A stretch of DNA of 64,000 nt from a virus (lineage: Duplodnaviria > Caudoviricetes): IMG/VR virus record IMGVR_UViG_3300028549_001457, positions 32,001 through 96,000 of that record; one strand, 5' to 3'. The position numbers and the translations under genes were made by a program. Shown piece after piece: positions 46,682 to 59,200 of this stretch; within the stretch, counting starts at the first letter, position 1, and each line of letters begins with the position of its first letter. Below the pieces are notes generated by a model. It saw only the letters and a list, made by a program, of their open reading frames with translations, had not been told where the DNA came from and did not search any database.

Positions 46682-49600
46682 ATGAATGCTCCCATTATTA
46701 AGTCTCCTGCGCTACTCCCAGGCTCCCTGGATTACACAGAGATTACAAGCCCAAATCTCAATCTGGTCATTCAAACACCGCCAACTGCCGTGTTTGTTCA
46801 AGCAGTTGTGCAGGGGGAGCAGGCCGCTACATTCCAGTCGAATCTTCTTCTTTTTACTCCGCCTTATATCTCAGGTGCTTCCGATCATTTCTTCTCCCTT
46901 GATATCGCGCTAGGGGCTAAGAATAACACTGTTATAATCAACTATTTTAATACCTACCCGAGTGACACTCCCGCAAATCTTGCCTCTGCCAAATCACCCG
47001 ATGCAGAAATCCGTCTTTTTCTAGATCAAACAAGTTCCCTCATAACCCCTCCAGCACCTCCATCGGGTTTTGATATTGCTCAAAGAGCTGTTGAAGTAAG
47101 GGTCACGTGGGACAAAACATTAGATGATGATTACATAGGGTCCAATTTCTATTTAGCTTCTTCCTCAGGTGGGCCTTATTATAAAGTTAATACCGCCCTC
47201 CTGACAGCGTTGGACCCCTCATCGACTACAAATCGTTTGTTGTTTAATATCCCTATTTCGGCACTTCCAGCAGAGTATGTTGGCACCGCAGATACTGCGG
47301 CTCAGCCATTTTATGCCGTAGCAACCAATGTTATTCAGGCTCAATCTGGGATTATCATGGAATCTCCATATTCCATGGAATTCGAGATCAAATTCTATAA
47401 TTTCCCTACCATTTATACGTCCCCTCTAAATAGGTCTCAACAAGAGGTGCAGGTTAGCCTGCTCAACTCAATACACAGCTACGACTTACAGCATGATTTA
47501 AAACCAGGATCAATCCTCCAAGATGTGTTTGTAAACCCTGTATCTACAGAGCTGGCTAGGGTTTACCAGAGAATGCACTTCTACCATTATGCTGGGTTTA
47601 TTTCGACCCTCCTTAAGTATGAGGATGAAAATGGAGATGGCTTCACTGACACCTTAGCTCAATCCCCTCTCCGCCAAACTCTTCAACAGGCTTTTAGCCT
47701 ATCCTCAGCAACTGAGGTTCAGAATTGGATTGACGATGCGTTTGACCGCTTGGCATCTAAATTCTATGCTCAGCGAGAAGGGTCTAAGTCAGCTAGTGGT
47801 AGGGTTACTTTTTATACTAAAGCTAAGCCAACTCAGACTATCGTAATACCCTTGGGTACAATCGTGTCCTCAGAAAGTTCCCTGCTCAGCGGAGCAACTC
47901 CAGTCTCTTATGTAACTACTGAAACTGGGAGCATCCCTTTGGATTCAATCGGGTCCTACTATAATGCTGATTTAGCTAGATGGGAACTTCAAGTCAGTGT
48001 CGTAGCACAGCAAGCAGGGTCTGCCGGGAATGCTTCTGCGGGGACCGTTAGCTCGGTATCCGGGCTTCCTGGGTCCTTTAAAGTTGTTAACGAATTAAAT
48101 CTCTTTGGTGGCGCTGATGCGGAGTCTAATCTTAATCTAGCCGCTAGATTAAGAAATACATATTTGTCTCGTGATCCTGGAAGACGGGTTGGTATTCAGG
48201 CTTGGATGTCTAAAGTTCCAGGCATCTATAGTTGTAAAGTAGTTGCAGCATCGGATAAATATATGATGCGTGACTATGATAGCGTTCGTAAATTGCATGT
48301 ATATGGTCGTGCGGATGCTTATGTAGATTCCAGGGCGTCTTCCGAAAAGACTCAAACTCTTGTTGTGGCACCCGTAGCCATTTCTAGCCTTGATGCGACA
48401 ACAACTGTAACTGCCTCCAACATTACTTCCTCAGACTGGGCGTTTACTATACAAGACTATCGACTCACCTCTGAAACCCCTGTATATCAAGTCTTACAGG
48501 TTAGAAATGTTAGTAAGAGTATCGATTATAACATCTCCACATGGAGTTCTAGCCTAGCTACAACAGGCTCCATTACAATTCATTTGGACCCCTCCCTTCA
48601 AACTGGGCTCTCTTCAGGTAGTGTTACACCTTCTGCAACGGATACCCTCCAGATTATCGTGAGGATTCTCTCAAACACGGGGTTTGAGTTTAACTACCAG
48701 CCCGTTCTATCTGTCAACTCTCTAGAAGGTGAGGATATTAGTCTTGGAGGGGCTGGGAGTATTGACGTTTCTTCTACTTTAATCGTAGAAACCCAGGACC
48801 CACTTGGGATCGGGGGGTCTGTTAGAGACGATAAACGTCTATACATTATCCCTAAAATTGAGTCTCATATAGAGCCTTTCACATTTCCTTCCGCAGATCC
48901 CCTAAACCCTTCTGCACCTATTATCTACACCGCGTCCACCCCAGGTGTTGTCCCCTTTTCTGTGGGGGTCCCTACATTAGTGGACACCCTAAACCCCAGC
49001 CTTATCTTGATTGAGGGAACCCATTATACCCTTCAAATGACTGATGACCAGAGGCTTAGGGTTATCAAAGCTCCAGCACTATCCTCTATCGGGGCGTATG
49101 AGCTGACCTATCAAGCCTATCAAGTTTTCCCCCGAAAATTTAAGGTTATAGCGGAACCCTTGGTTCTTTCAGGAACCACCCCAACATACCTCATGAACGT
49201 GGGTGTTAATCCAGACCCCTCCACTCTTGTGGTTCATACGGATATTCTCGGAACTAATACTCTGGTTCGTGGTGTTCATTATAGTGTGACGCCCTACGAT
49301 GATACGACTGTGGTTGCCGCAGCATCTACGAGTGGATCCAGTAGCCCATATGACTCTGACTATTGGGCGGCTAGTCCTTCTTTATTATCTAGTCTGTCCT
49401 CCTCGCAAGCTTCCGACCTAACAAGCGCAACGGGTATTATTAACTCTAATCTGGCCCTGCTTCCTGATGGGTCTACTGTGTATGTGGATTATGAATACTA
49501 CGAAAATATAACCTGCAAGTATTCTGTTGATCAGGGTGTCATTGACGCGCAGGCTTACGCGGATACACAAAAGAACTGCACGATGAACCTACTGGTAAAG

Positions 49601-50260
49601 CGGTGCAATTATGTTCCGGTTACTTTAGAGCTTACAGTGACTCTAGCGACTGGTGCAGATCAAGCAACTGTTGAAAATAGCATACGCACACAGATCTCCA
49701 ATTTATTTAATAATTTATCCGTTGGAGACGGTATTCATGAAGTAAATATTATCAGAGCGGCTACTTCAGTCAGCGGGGTTTCAAACTTACAGATCCCTCT
49801 TAATCGTATGTCTTTTGCTGACGGGGCGCACATTAACCAAGAGAATCTCCCCACCTGGGCACTGGCTACAGACCTTATTGGGGTCCCCTCTACATCGGCA
49901 CCAATTTATAAGTGTAATACTCAATCTTTGTATGCTAGCCTAGATGGGGGCGGAAATTGGTGGCAGTATGTCTCGGTATATGAAGATGGTATTGCATTGG
50001 ATAGGTCCTCCACACAAGCCGAGTTTATTTCTAACTCACCCGGATCAAATGGGACGTTCCTCCTTCTAAGGAACCCCGTAACGTATACTCTTGATGTTTA
50101 CATTAAGCCAAATCGAACCTCAGAGCAAAATAGTGACATTAATTCGCACGTTCACACCCTAACTTACTACGTATACGGGGATAGTTCCACGCATGATATT
50201 CCTGGTATGGATTTAAGCATACTGACCTTGGGGACCCTCAGCCTTAAGTTTGTGGAGTGA
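46682..50260 (+). CDS. Baseplate wedge J/gp6-like protein
   Basis: DLKPGSILQDVFVNP; REGSKSASGRVTF; QQAGSAGNASAGTV; GGADAESN..LAARL; FN3-like N-terminus. Confidence 0.85.
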   Translation: MNAPIIKSPALLPGSLDYTEITSPNLNLVIQTPPTAVFVQAVVQGEQAATFQSNLLLFTPPYISGASDHFFSLDIALGAKNNTVIINYFNTYPSDTPANLASAKSPDAEIRLFLDQTSSLITPPAPPSGFDIAQRAVEVRVTWDKTLDDDYIGSNFYLASSSGGPYYKVNTALLTALDPSSTTNRLLFNIPISALPAEYVGTADTAAQPFYAVATNVIQAQSGIIMESPYSMEFEIKFYNFPTIYTSPLNRSQQEVQVSLLNSIHSYDLQHDLKPGSILQDVFVNPVSTELARVYQRMHFYHYAGFISTLLKYEDENGDGFTDTLAQSPLRQTLQQAFSLSSATEVQNWIDDAFDRLASKFYAQREGSKSASGRVTFYTKAKPTQTIVIPLGTIVSSESSLLSGATPVSYVTTETGSIPLDSIGSYYNADLARWELQVSVVAQQAGSAGNASAGTVSSVSGLPGSFKVVNELNLFGGADAESNLNLAARLRNTYLSRDPGRRVGIQAWMSKVPGIYSCKVVAASDKYMMRDYDSVRKLHVYGRADAYVDSRASSEKTQTLVVAPVAISSLDATTTVTASNITSSDWAFTIQDYRLTSETPVYQVLQVRNVSKSIDYNISTWSSSLATTGSITIHLDPSLQTGLSSGSVTPSATDTLQIIVRILSNTGFEFNYQPVLSVNSLEGEDISLGGAGSIDVSSTLIVETQDPLGIGGSVRDDKRLYIIPKIESHIEPFTFPSADPLNPSAPIIYTASTPGVVPFSVGVPTLVDTLNPSLILIEGTHYTLQMTDDQRLRVIKAPALSSIGAYELTYQAYQVFPRKFKVIAEPLVLSGTTPTYLMNVGVNPDPSTLVVHTDILGTNTLVRGVHYSVTPYDDTTVVAAASTSGSSSPYDSDYWAASPSLLSSLSSSQASDLTSATGIINSNLALLPDGSTVYVDYEYYENITCKYSVDQGVIDAQAYADTQKNCTMNLLVKRCNYVPVTLELTVTLATGADQATVENSIRTQISNLFNNLSVGDGIHEVNIIRAATSVSGVSNLQIPLNRMSFADGAHINQENLPTWALATDLIGVPSTSAPIYKCNTQSLYASLDGGGNWWQYVSVYEDGIALDRSSTQAEFISNSPGSNGTFLLLRNPVTYTLDVYIKPNRTSEQNSDINSHVHTLTYYVYGDSSTHDIPGMDLSILTLGTLSLKFVE

Positions 50261-50263
50261 TTT

Positions 50264-51100
50264 GTGGCATCTTTTTGGTTATCTTCTAATCTCACAACTC
50301 AAAATTGGATGTCGGATAGGTCCGAGTTTATCTTTGCATGCATTACTGCACGGATCTCTGACTACTACCAAGGCCAGATGAGTGATCAATTAGAATACTC
50401 CCAAATTATACATGGTGTGGCTGAGGAGATAGCTAAGGCAGATGCCTTTAGTAATTTTTTGTATGAGCAAAATTCAGCGTCCTTACGAAGCCCTTTGTTA
50501 GCGCATACTACCGAGGCACCTCTTTTTAATCTCCCCGTGTCCTTCCCCAGGCCTCTTTGGTATGACTCATTCTACTTGGATTTTCTCACGAAATTAGCTA
50601 TGTTGTTCTCTCAGTCTAGCACTACCAAGACTATTGAGAGTCTTTTTAAAGCATACTTCCAAGAACCCTATAGTTTACTCTCCCCTAACGTGTCCGTCTC
50701 TGAACTATGGTCGATTCATGGGGCTGACACGGCTGACAATATTGTGGATCAACATATTGCCAATGTCAGGCTTCCCGACCTACATACAATGGATCAAACC
50801 ACGTTAGATATGTTCACGGTGTTTGATCAGGTTAGGCAAGCTCATACTGTTTTGAGAATTGTTGCCTCTCCCGTTCCAGCAGAATTTATTCATGGGGCAA
50901 CTATTCAAGATCCTTTTTATCTTAAGATGTATATACTAGAGGATCGAAATCCTGTAGTTACTCTTAAATGGTCCGATTATAGTAGTTGGTTTAAGGTTTT
51001 TACAGGGTCCTTTATTCAAAGATCACAGGCTCAGTCCGGTGTCTTTGCTCCAGGAATTCTTCCAGACGCACGATATCGAACAAGTTACACTTTTATTTAG
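50264..51100 (+). CDS. Baseplate wedge I/gp7-like protein
   Basis: Follows J; DQVRQAHTVL motif. Confidence 0.55.
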   Translation: MASFWLSSNLTTQNWMSDRSEFIFACITARISDYYQGQMSDQLEYSQIIHGVAEEIAKADAFSNFLYEQNSASLRSPLLAHTTEAPLFNLPVSFPRPLWYDSFYLDFLTKLAMLFSQSSTTKTIESLFKAYFQEPYSLLSPNVSVSELWSIHGADTADNIVDQHIANVRLPDLHTMDQTTLDMFTVFDQVRQAHTVLRIVASPVPAEFIHGATIQDPFYLKMYILEDRNPVVTLKWSDYSSWFKVFTGSFIQRSQAQSGVFAPGILPDARYRTSYTFI

Positions 51101-51109
51101 TGAGGGATC

Positions 51110-51727
51110 ATGTCCAAGTTTACGGGTCACTTTTCAGCCTTTCTAGCAGAATCTCCCTCAGAAATAGTCTGGGAGAAGAAAAATGTTGAAGTTATCGTAG
51201 GCGGGTGGCTACTCGCCTGGGCGATGGCTTCCCAGTCTATTAGTGTGAATGCAACTGGTGGTGGGAGTCCCATCCTAGTTCCTGATTACCCCATTTGGGG
51301 TCTGGCAGTTGGCAACGCTTCCCCTTCGTCTCTCCCAACCTCTGACGATGCTAGAAAGTTGATGTCGCGCTTGGTGCAGGAGGCTTTTAGGAAGGCATCA
51401 TCATATATTTACTTTTTAGATCCAACCGCTTACTCAGTTGGCCAAAAATTACCTGTTCCGAATATTACCCCATACCTTGAAATTCAAACTATATTTAATA
51501 GTAATACTGATGTTATTCTTCAGGCAACACCAACGATTACTGAAATGGGTCTCGTTGGGGGGACTACTCAGTCGTATGCAGATCCAACTACTGACTTAAA
51601 TCTTGGCGGTGGCCCCGTTAACCAGCCCGGTGGGGGTATTCTCCTTGATTATGTCAACCCAGAGCCCTTTCAAATTCCTTTGGGCCGTGACTTCGTGGTT
51701 GCGGTGGTTTTGGACTTCTCGCACTGA
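51110..51727 (+). CDS. Baseplate / tail-collar-like protein
   Basis: WGLAVGN...LVQEAFRK...TEMGLVGG pattern. Confidence 0.5.
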   Translation: MSKFTGHFSAFLAESPSEIVWEKKNVEVIVGGWLLAWAMASQSISVNATGGGSPILVPDYPIWGLAVGNASPSSLPTSDDARKLMSRLVQEAFRKASSYIYFLDPTAYSVGQKLPVPNITPYLEIQTIFNSNTDVILQATPTITEMGLVGGTTQSYADPTTDLNLGGGPVNQPGGGILLDYVNPEPFQIPLGRDFVVAVVLDFSH

Positions 51728-51813
51728 TCGCTTTAGGGGAACTTCTAGAAGTCTTGACCCCCTTTTGGTCGCATCCTAAGACTGCATCTGATTAGGTAAA
51801 GCTTTATCCTCTT

Positions 51814-54800
51814 TTGGAGAGGATGGGTTTCATGGTTAGATCCTTTGGCTCCAAGACATCGCGTGTTTTTGATTTAGATGCTAAATCCCTTCAACTGTTA
51901 GTCGCCCGATCCGGGAAGGCTATTACAGATGCTGAGGGAATTCTAATTCAAGATTTACAAGCACTTAAACTGAGTCAGTTCACTAACACACTAACCTTTT
52001 CAGGGTGTGTGGACCTTCCTCCTTTTAGGCTCCCAGATCCTGATGTCGATACTAGCATCACTTCAAATTTCCTGATAATTCCCCCTTTCAGAGCCCTTGT
52101 TAATAACGATCTTATTTATGTCCAGGGTACTAAAAATCCTCTAGCCCCACTGAGCCTCGATAACTACGTAGAGCTTCCTCCAGCGCCCTCCGCCTCTTAT
52201 GGAATCGTGGTTATTTACCTAGAAGCTTGGTACCAGGTTCTGGAAGAGCAGGCTTCTAATCTAAACCAGGGTTTCTATCCTAACAATAGCCCCACGTTTA
52301 ACCCCTCAACGGACGCTAGATACTTCTTCCCCTATGGTAATACTCTAGCGCATGTTAACTGGATTACTCAACCTAAATTTGCCGATGACCTCGTGGACCC
52401 CCTGGCTGGGGTTACAAGTGGTCGCGTTCAGCTTCAATATGCGTTAAGAGCTACTCAGGTCATTCCTCAACAGGGGGTGACACCCGAGGAAACCCTAAGT
52501 CTATCATTCACCCCTCACCTTAAAAATTTTGGGCTAACCCATCCAGGGGTTTTAGGGTGGACGTTTGTATCTCCTGACCCCTCTAAAAATCCTGGGTTCG
52601 TGTTCGCGGGGGATAAAGATCCAGGGTTATATACGTGTTCAAGTAACCAGCTTTGCAATCTCAGAACTGTTGACGGTAATACATATGCGATACCTCTGGC
52701 AATCATGTATCAAAGAAATTCGGGTATTTGGTCCCCTGTTGGGAACCCCCACGGAACGGATATTATTGGTATAGACCATGCCGGTGCGGTAGCTTCAGGA
52801 AAGAGTGGGCGTCCTGATGGTTTATTCTATGATAAGCCATCCCCCGATGATTTTGTTGACACACGCTCTACCTTCCTGGGGGGCTCTCTAGAAGACTACG
52901 CTTCCGTTATTAAACAGGCTTCTTGTAGGCTTTGGGAAGGGTCCCTTCGATTAAAATTGGCTGAGCCTCCTGTATCAGATACAAATGCTCATCAGTTAGG
53001 TCAAACTCTTCTAAGTCAAGAGTTACTAGGAACTACTATAACTTCACCCCTGGTCTTATCAGACTCACTTGCTCGTATATCTGCCAATTCCGAGCCACAT
53101 ACCTCATGGACTTCAGATCGCTCCCCAGACACTATCACCTATATGGTGTCCCCGTCTATGAAAGATCTTCTAAGCTCGGGTGTCCCCTCTAGCAATCTCC
53201 TAACATGGGATTCTGGGGACCGAGTCACAATTACGTATCCCAATACTACTGCGGTTATTGAAACTGTAACAATATACACATTTAATCAACAGGCTCAGAT
53301 TTTAAGGGTTCCACCCTCGTATATATCCGTAGATGGGTTAGGGTCCAACCAACTTCAGCTCAACTTTTTAGACATAGGCGTTGATCTTAGATTTAACCTA
53401 AGCAAGCCTATCTGGGTTGTTGTAGCCGTTAGAAGTGCTAATTCTTTTGAGCATCTAAGATATGTCCCCCAGACTGTCCATACCCCGCTATATTCCCACG
53501 GAGGGTCGCTACTACCTTGTGGGGCTGTTTCAGACTATTCAATGGTTCCACACGATTCTGTAGTTCCTGGGACAACTCTTAAACTACGTTCGTATAAGCG
53601 CAATTATGATCCAAATGCTTTTGGGACAGTTAGACTAGTTAAAGTCCCCTTATCCACTCTACATATTCCAGCTAGCGGAATTGGCCCCGTAGCCGCAGGG
53701 GTTCACCCTGTCATTGGATTCTCTGCCAGCTCTCAGCCTGTCAGCACTCCTGCCATCACTCTTTCTTGGGGCATTGAGAACGCTACCCGTGCTACATTAA
53801 AGAATGTTACTACAGGATTACCCATTGGGGAGGTCCCCACAACAGGGTCTATCAACATCCAAATTCTCCAGACTACGGACTTTTTGTTAACCGCTTATAA
53901 TGGTGATCTGGAATCATCTACCACATTAACCGTTACCCCATCAAGCGAGACTTCTGGGGGGTCTAGTCTATCGGGTCAAACTGTTTATACTAGCTATGTA
54001 GCTCCTGGGGGTCCACTTAACCCTGAAAATATCCAGACCCCCTACTCCATCGCATACCTTAACTTAGCCCCAGGTTTTGGGGACCCTCTTAAGCATGTTA
54101 TGGTGGGGTGTTTAAAGGCAACCTTATTCCAGACTAACTCTTTGGGGGAGACGCTCACAACAGACTTGCAGATTAGACATCAATACTTTAATAATGAGAC
54201 TTCAAACACTAGCCTTACAAATGCTGAAATAGGTGTTTTTGGGCAATGGGGCTCTTTTGATCTAGGCTACATTGAGTTTGAAATTCTCGTAGTGGGTGAG
54301 AAGACTTTTCACTATAACCCTACCGTGCAGGGGATTACATCGGTTACTTCTATAGTAGCCCCTTCCCAGAATGGGTACCTATTCTTTAGTGACCCAGCTA
54401 GCAGCGACTCTCAGAATTATTCATTTCAGTCATATCCTGAGTATGCGTTATCAGCTCTGAATATTGTTGTATCAGCCCCTGCAAATGACTGGACGCACAC
54501 GCAAACCATCCTGAATGATGATGGGACCACATCCCAGACCACTGTTACTCAGAAATTAAGTGGGGTTTTTGAGGGTGTCTTTGGGTTTGGGGGTCAGTCT
54601 TTCGTATTTGTTAAACTAGTTGATAACCCATTCTATCGAACGGTTCCATGCAACGTTCAGGGGTTGGGTACCCCTCTTCTTCATATAAACATCCCACAAA
54701 TAACCCTTCTTCAAGTTGAGGATGTCCTAGTTCTAGCACAAACTACGTCTCTCTTAACTCCTGACTCGACCACTTTGCTTAGTTATACATATGTCCCCTA

Positions 54801-56202
54801 CCAAGGGGAGGGAGATGCTGAGGATACTTACACCCTTACATACCTTAATGATCAGGCTCAGGTAACTACGTTTGGCACGGGTACTCAGGTGATTCCCGGT
54901 TTATTGAGCACTTCTTCTGTCAATCCTATGTTCCCTATAGCAAGCTCCCTACCAGCAGTAACTGGTTGGAAAGACTCTGATTTAACCTCGTCTAAGTTTG
55001 AGGTTTCGGGGTCCTATAGTGGCCTCGGAAACCCAGTATATTCCACAACTGATTTTCTTCAAACCACACCTGTTGCATCCATGTCGGGTAACCTAAAACA
55101 CTTATTAAATATATCCTCAGATAACACCCCAGCGTTATCTCCTAGATCTGAGGGTCTCAGAGGATTCACCAAAAATATTGTGTCTTTTGCATATGTTATT
55201 GATGAACCACAGGTGGTCCCCTCATACCGACAGTTAGATCTGTCCACAAGTAAAGATCTGGTATACTGGGTTGACGTCTTAACTGGAGACGATTCTAATT
55301 CTGGGTTGACCCGAGAAGCCCCTCGAAAATCTATTCAGTCTTTGATTAACTCTCTTCCCGCTGTAATTCATAACGCTATAACTATTAACGTTAACGGACT
55401 GACTACCATCTCAACAGATGTAATCCCATCTATTAATTTATCCTCCGTTACACCCTACGGGTCCCCTCGGAGCGGTCACGTATACTCTCTTTTGCATACG
55501 TCTTTTAATACGCAAGGGGATGGGGTAGTTATTATTCAGAAGGACCCCACCACCAATACCAGCGCTTCTATTGTTATTCCAGAGGGTACTCCCTTTGTGG
55601 ATTACCCCATTTATGGTTGGCTACATACAAATGGGAATCTGGTTATTAAAGGTTTTTCTAATACCTCCGTGGATTCTATTATTCTAGCCGCTTACCCCGG
55701 AACAACCGTCTCTATAGAAGAGTGTGCATTTGATGGGGGTGAAATTCAGATCCTAAGTTATGGTGCTAATGTTTCAGTTGCCTCATCTAGCCTCAGTAAC
55801 CCTACTAAACATGCTATTCTAGCTACTTCAGGGGGTTCTGTAACGTTGGGTGAAAAAATGGTTGTTAATAAATCTTCTTCACTATGGGATGGGACTCATT
55901 ATGAGTTCTTCGTGGCTGAAAAAAATTCATCTATTATATTCACCCAGCAGTTCAGTGCTCAGAGTTTCCCCACTTATTCTTCGTCGGAACAACCGGGTAC
56001 TTTCCAAGAGTTTCTAGTTAAGCAATACTCAGTGTTAGACACCAGCGCCATTCCAGGGTTTTCTTTCTATTATAATAGAGAGACCGTTAAGCTTTTAAGT
56101 TTTTCAAATTTAATTTACAAAGGTCTACCCTGGTTTGCCCCTTCTGAGACTAGCGGTGTCCTTCCGAGTGATGGCACTACTCTTTACTCTCGTATAACCT
56201 GA
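51814..56202 (+). CDS. Large tail fibre / baseplate protein with a C-terminal beta-helix (tailspike-like) domain; likely start 51832
   Basis: N-terminal FGSKTSRVFD...GKAITDAE..LIQD; YWVDVLTGDDSNSG...PRKSIQ motif near 55260. Confidence 0.6.
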   Translation: MERMGFMVRSFGSKTSRVFDLDAKSLQLLVARSGKAITDAEGILIQDLQALKLSQFTNTLTFSGCVDLPPFRLPDPDVDTSITSNFLIIPPFRALVNNDLIYVQGTKNPLAPLSLDNYVELPPAPSASYGIVVIYLEAWYQVLEEQASNLNQGFYPNNSPTFNPSTDARYFFPYGNTLAHVNWITQPKFADDLVDPLAGVTSGRVQLQYALRATQVIPQQGVTPEETLSLSFTPHLKNFGLTHPGVLGWTFVSPDPSKNPGFVFAGDKDPGLYTCSSNQLCNLRTVDGNTYAIPLAIMYQRNSGIWSPVGNPHGTDIIGIDHAGAVASGKSGRPDGLFYDKPSPDDFVDTRSTFLGGSLEDYASVIKQASCRLWEGSLRLKLAEPPVSDTNAHQLGQTLLSQELLGTTITSPLVLSDSLARISANSEPHTSWTSDRSPDTITYMVSPSMKDLLSSGVPSSNLLTWDSGDRVTITYPNTTAVIETVTIYTFNQQAQILRVPPSYISVDGLGSNQLQLNFLDIGVDLRFNLSKPIWVVVAVRSANSFEHLRYVPQTVHTPLYSHGGSLLPCGAVSDYSMVPHDSVVPGTTLKLRSYKRNYDPNAFGTVRLVKVPLSTLHIPASGIGPVAAGVHPVIGFSASSQPVSTPAITLSWGIENATRATLKNVTTGLPIGEVPTTGSINIQILQTTDFLLTAYNGDLESSTTLTVTPSSETSGGSSLSGQTVYTSYVAPGGPLNPENIQTPYSIAYLNLAPGFGDPLKHVMVGCLKATLFQTNSLGETLTTDLQIRHQYFNNETSNTSLTNAEIGVFGQWGSFDLGYIEFEILVVGEKTFHYNPTVQGITSVTSIVAPSQNGYLFFSDPASSDSQNYSFQSYPEYALSALNIVVSAPANDWTHTQTILNDDGTTSQTTVTQKLSGVFEGVFGFGGQSFVFVKLVDNPFYRTVPCNVQGLGTPLLHINIPQITLLQVEDVLVLAQTTSLLTPDSTTLLSYTYVPYQGEGDAEDTYTLTYLNDQAQVTTFGTGTQVIPGLLSTSSVNPMFPIASSLPAVTGWKDSDLTSSKFEVSGSYSGLGNPVYSTTDFLQTTPVASMSGNLKHLLNISSDNTPALSPRSEGLRGFTKNIVSFAYVIDEPQVVPSYRQLDLSTSKDLVYWVDVLTGDDSNSGLTREAPRKSIQSLINSLPAVIHNAITINVNGLTTISTDVIPSINLSSVTPYGSPRSGHVYSLLHTSFNTQGDGVVIIQKDPTTNTSASIVIPEGTPFVDYPIYGWLHTNGNLVIKGFSNTSVDSIILAAYPGTTVSIEECAFDGGEIQILSYGANVSVASSSLSNPTKHAILATSGGSVTLGEKMVVNKSSSLWDGTHYEFFVAEKNSSIIFTQQFSAQSFPTYSSSEQPGTFQEFLVKQYSVLDTSAIPGFSFYYNRETVKLLSFSNLIYKGLPWFAPSETSGVLPSDGTTLYSRIT

Positions 56203-56209
56203 GGTCCCT

Positions 56210-59200
56210 GTGGCAACTAAATTACCGTCAGTATCCGCTCAGTTTGAGATTATGCCACAAGGCACCCTCAATATAACCTTGGTGCGCGTTGCCCCCTCGG
56301 GTGGGGTGTTAACCTCAATTTCTTCATATAGGATTAGACTTTCTAAACCCAAATCCACCGGAAGTGGCGTGGATACTCTTCAGTTCACGTTAACCCCCTC
56401 GTCTACCGTAGAAACGACAATCCAGCAACAAAAATCCTGGGAAAGTATTTTAACAGGGTCAACCATTCCAGCAGATAGTGTTGCAGGATGGGTTGCAGAT
56501 TCCTACCAAGCCACGGGCTTATCCGCTAATATCCAGGCCGTTTCCGGCGACCCCGCCAACTTTATTGACTCTGATTGGTGGGGGTCTGATCGTGTATTCC
56601 CCCCAGTCTTTAATATCATTTTGTCCAGGCCAACCCTTCAAGTAGGGGATACCGCTATTTTCAGTCTTCCAGTTGGGTATACTGGGGAACAGCTTAGTCG
56701 TGTTAGGTTCTTTCCAGATTTATCTGATATGTCTGCTGCAACTGAGTGGAAATCCTACATCCCTGAGATTGAGTTCGAGTATGTGTATAGATTCTCTGGG
56801 AGTGCTCAAGTATTACTCACTGTTGCTTCAGATAACCATTCTGCTAGTCAGGGGTCATCATTTCTCCTTAGAACGGCCTCATCAACCTTAACCATTAACT
56901 CGGCACCTATCTACTCTCAAACAGGTTTTAATTCCTGGTTAGGCGTGGGGGATTCCACTGGTTTTTCCTTTACAGATACGTCTACCAATTATACCCCTGG
57001 AAACTTTGCGGTAATACTCTCGGGGGCTGCTATTTCTACTAGAAATAGAGAACTCAAAATGTTCCTAGCAACGTCTAGAACAGCGGATGCTAATACCTAC
57101 TACCAGACGTTAGCTTGGGACCTTTACCCGGTCCCTGGCCGCTATAAAATACCCTCATTTAACCCCAATGTAAACTTAACTTTTGATGCTACTAGGGCAT
57201 ACACAGATGCTTCTCTATATGCCCCTCTCAAGTTAACCAGTATGTTGTTATCTAAACTTCAGGTTGGGTATCACTATGACATAGCATTAGACACAACTGG
57301 TGGTCTAAAACCCTACGCATATTATGCAGTTGACCTACCTCCAGGATTAGTCTGCACTGCACAGGGGAGGCTCGTAGGGTCCCCTCTTCGCAGTGGGTTG
57401 TATCAGTCTTCGGTTTCCGTTATGGATTCTGAGGTCCCGCCTCAAATTGATGTTAAGACTCTAAACTTATACGTAGAAACCGACCTCAGCATTAATGATG
57501 TTCCTTTTCAATACTACGCTATCGGGGATTCTATCTCTACGGTTATTACCGCTACGGGAGGGGTTCCACCCTATAAATGGCAGATTAACGAAGGGGGTCA
57601 GGACCTTGCTGACTTTGGGCTAACATTTACCCCTGATCTCACTCAGTCTCAGATTAGTGGTGAACCCTTTGATCACGGGACCCATCACATCCCCTACAAG
57701 TTTCCAGTAACTATTCAGGCTGAGGACGCCGTAGGTAGTCTAGCCACAGTTACTTTTCAGTGTGGGGTGTTCCCTCCAGCTCTTAAGTTGGCTAAGAAAC
57801 GTCTAGATGAATTCTTTGATGGTGAGTATTGCAATCAAAGGATCTATGCAACGGGTGGGGACACTATCCACTATAACTGGAGTCTGCAATACCTAGATGG
57901 GCCTAGGGACCCTTTGGATGCAACCCGCATCCTGACCCCGCCAACTGGCCTCATTACACTAACACCTACCGGGTCTATTGGTGCTCCGAATATTGCCATT
58001 CTAAGTTATGACCCATCTGCTGTTGTTCGAGGTTCTTCTGGTGATGGTCTACCTGAAGCCTTCTACAAAATTCGGATAACCGTTCAATCTGGGGAAGCAG
58101 GCTACATTGAGACTGATTACCAAGATTTAGATTTAATTATATCTCCTTCTTTATCTACTGTTGTTATCTCTAATGATGCCCAGCTCCCTATAGCGTATCC
58201 CGGCAGATCGTGGAGTCAGCAACTCAACACGTTTACCCCTGATTCGTCTGTTGCTGTTGGGCTCCGATCTCCTTTAAAGTTCTTTGCAATGTCTCCTACC
58301 TCTGATTTGGGGCTACCATCCTGCATTACGCTCTCTCCTGAGGGGCTCTTAATGGAGAACCCCTACGAGCCCATCACCCCCAATTTAAACCGTTGGTTTA
58401 GAATATTTTTACAGGCAGGAAGATCCCAATATTTTAAGGATTTCCACTTTCAGTCTGCGGATGTCTCCACGGGCTTTTCTATACATGTGGCAGAAGCATA
58501 CCCCTTCCAGGATTCTAATGTTGTTGCAATTGCTCAACAATACCAAACTCTATGTCTTCAAAACAATGATAAGTGTATAGCATTTCAACTTTTAAATGCT
58601 TCAACTGGCCGCGTGGTCAATGACGTCGCCACATTCTCACTTGAAGGGTCTCTCCCGGCAGGGCTCTCATTTTCTTCTCAAGGGTTTATTTACGGAATCC
58701 CCACTGAAAAGGGGTCTTTTACGTTTACGGTTTCTGGCAGTGCAGGGGCGGTAAGTGCTTCCTATGCAGCCAGTATTCTTGTTAACCCTGCGGCAGCCTA
58801 TGCTACGGATTTAACCCACGATTTACGATTTGCTTTGAATAGTCAGCCATCAACTAGTCTTACTAGAGTTCTTATTGAACACTGGGCTGCAAACACTCTC
58901 CCTGAGTATGATCCTAATACTTCTATTCTGGGTCCCTTTCCAACCAGTCCAGTTGATTCGTATGCCTATGGGGATACTGTTCAGGTTGAAGTCTTCGTAG
59001 ATGACCCAGATAGGCCTCTCGTTGATTTCCCTATAGATCCGCTACATTCGGATGCTGATTACGATTCCAATGCTGTTGAATCGTGGTCCTACCTATGGGA
59101 CTTTGGGGGGCTCCCCACCGAGTCTTTCCCAGATGCGTCTGGCGGTGTGACTCAGATAAACCAGGATTACACGAGTAAAACGCCTGTTCTAAACATGCTC

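Noticed and set aside
19997-51727. Bacterial T6SS or eCIS locus
   Set aside because: Linked capsid, scaffold-like, neck and tape measure genes indicate a tailed phage; no T6SS membrane complex or ClpV seen.
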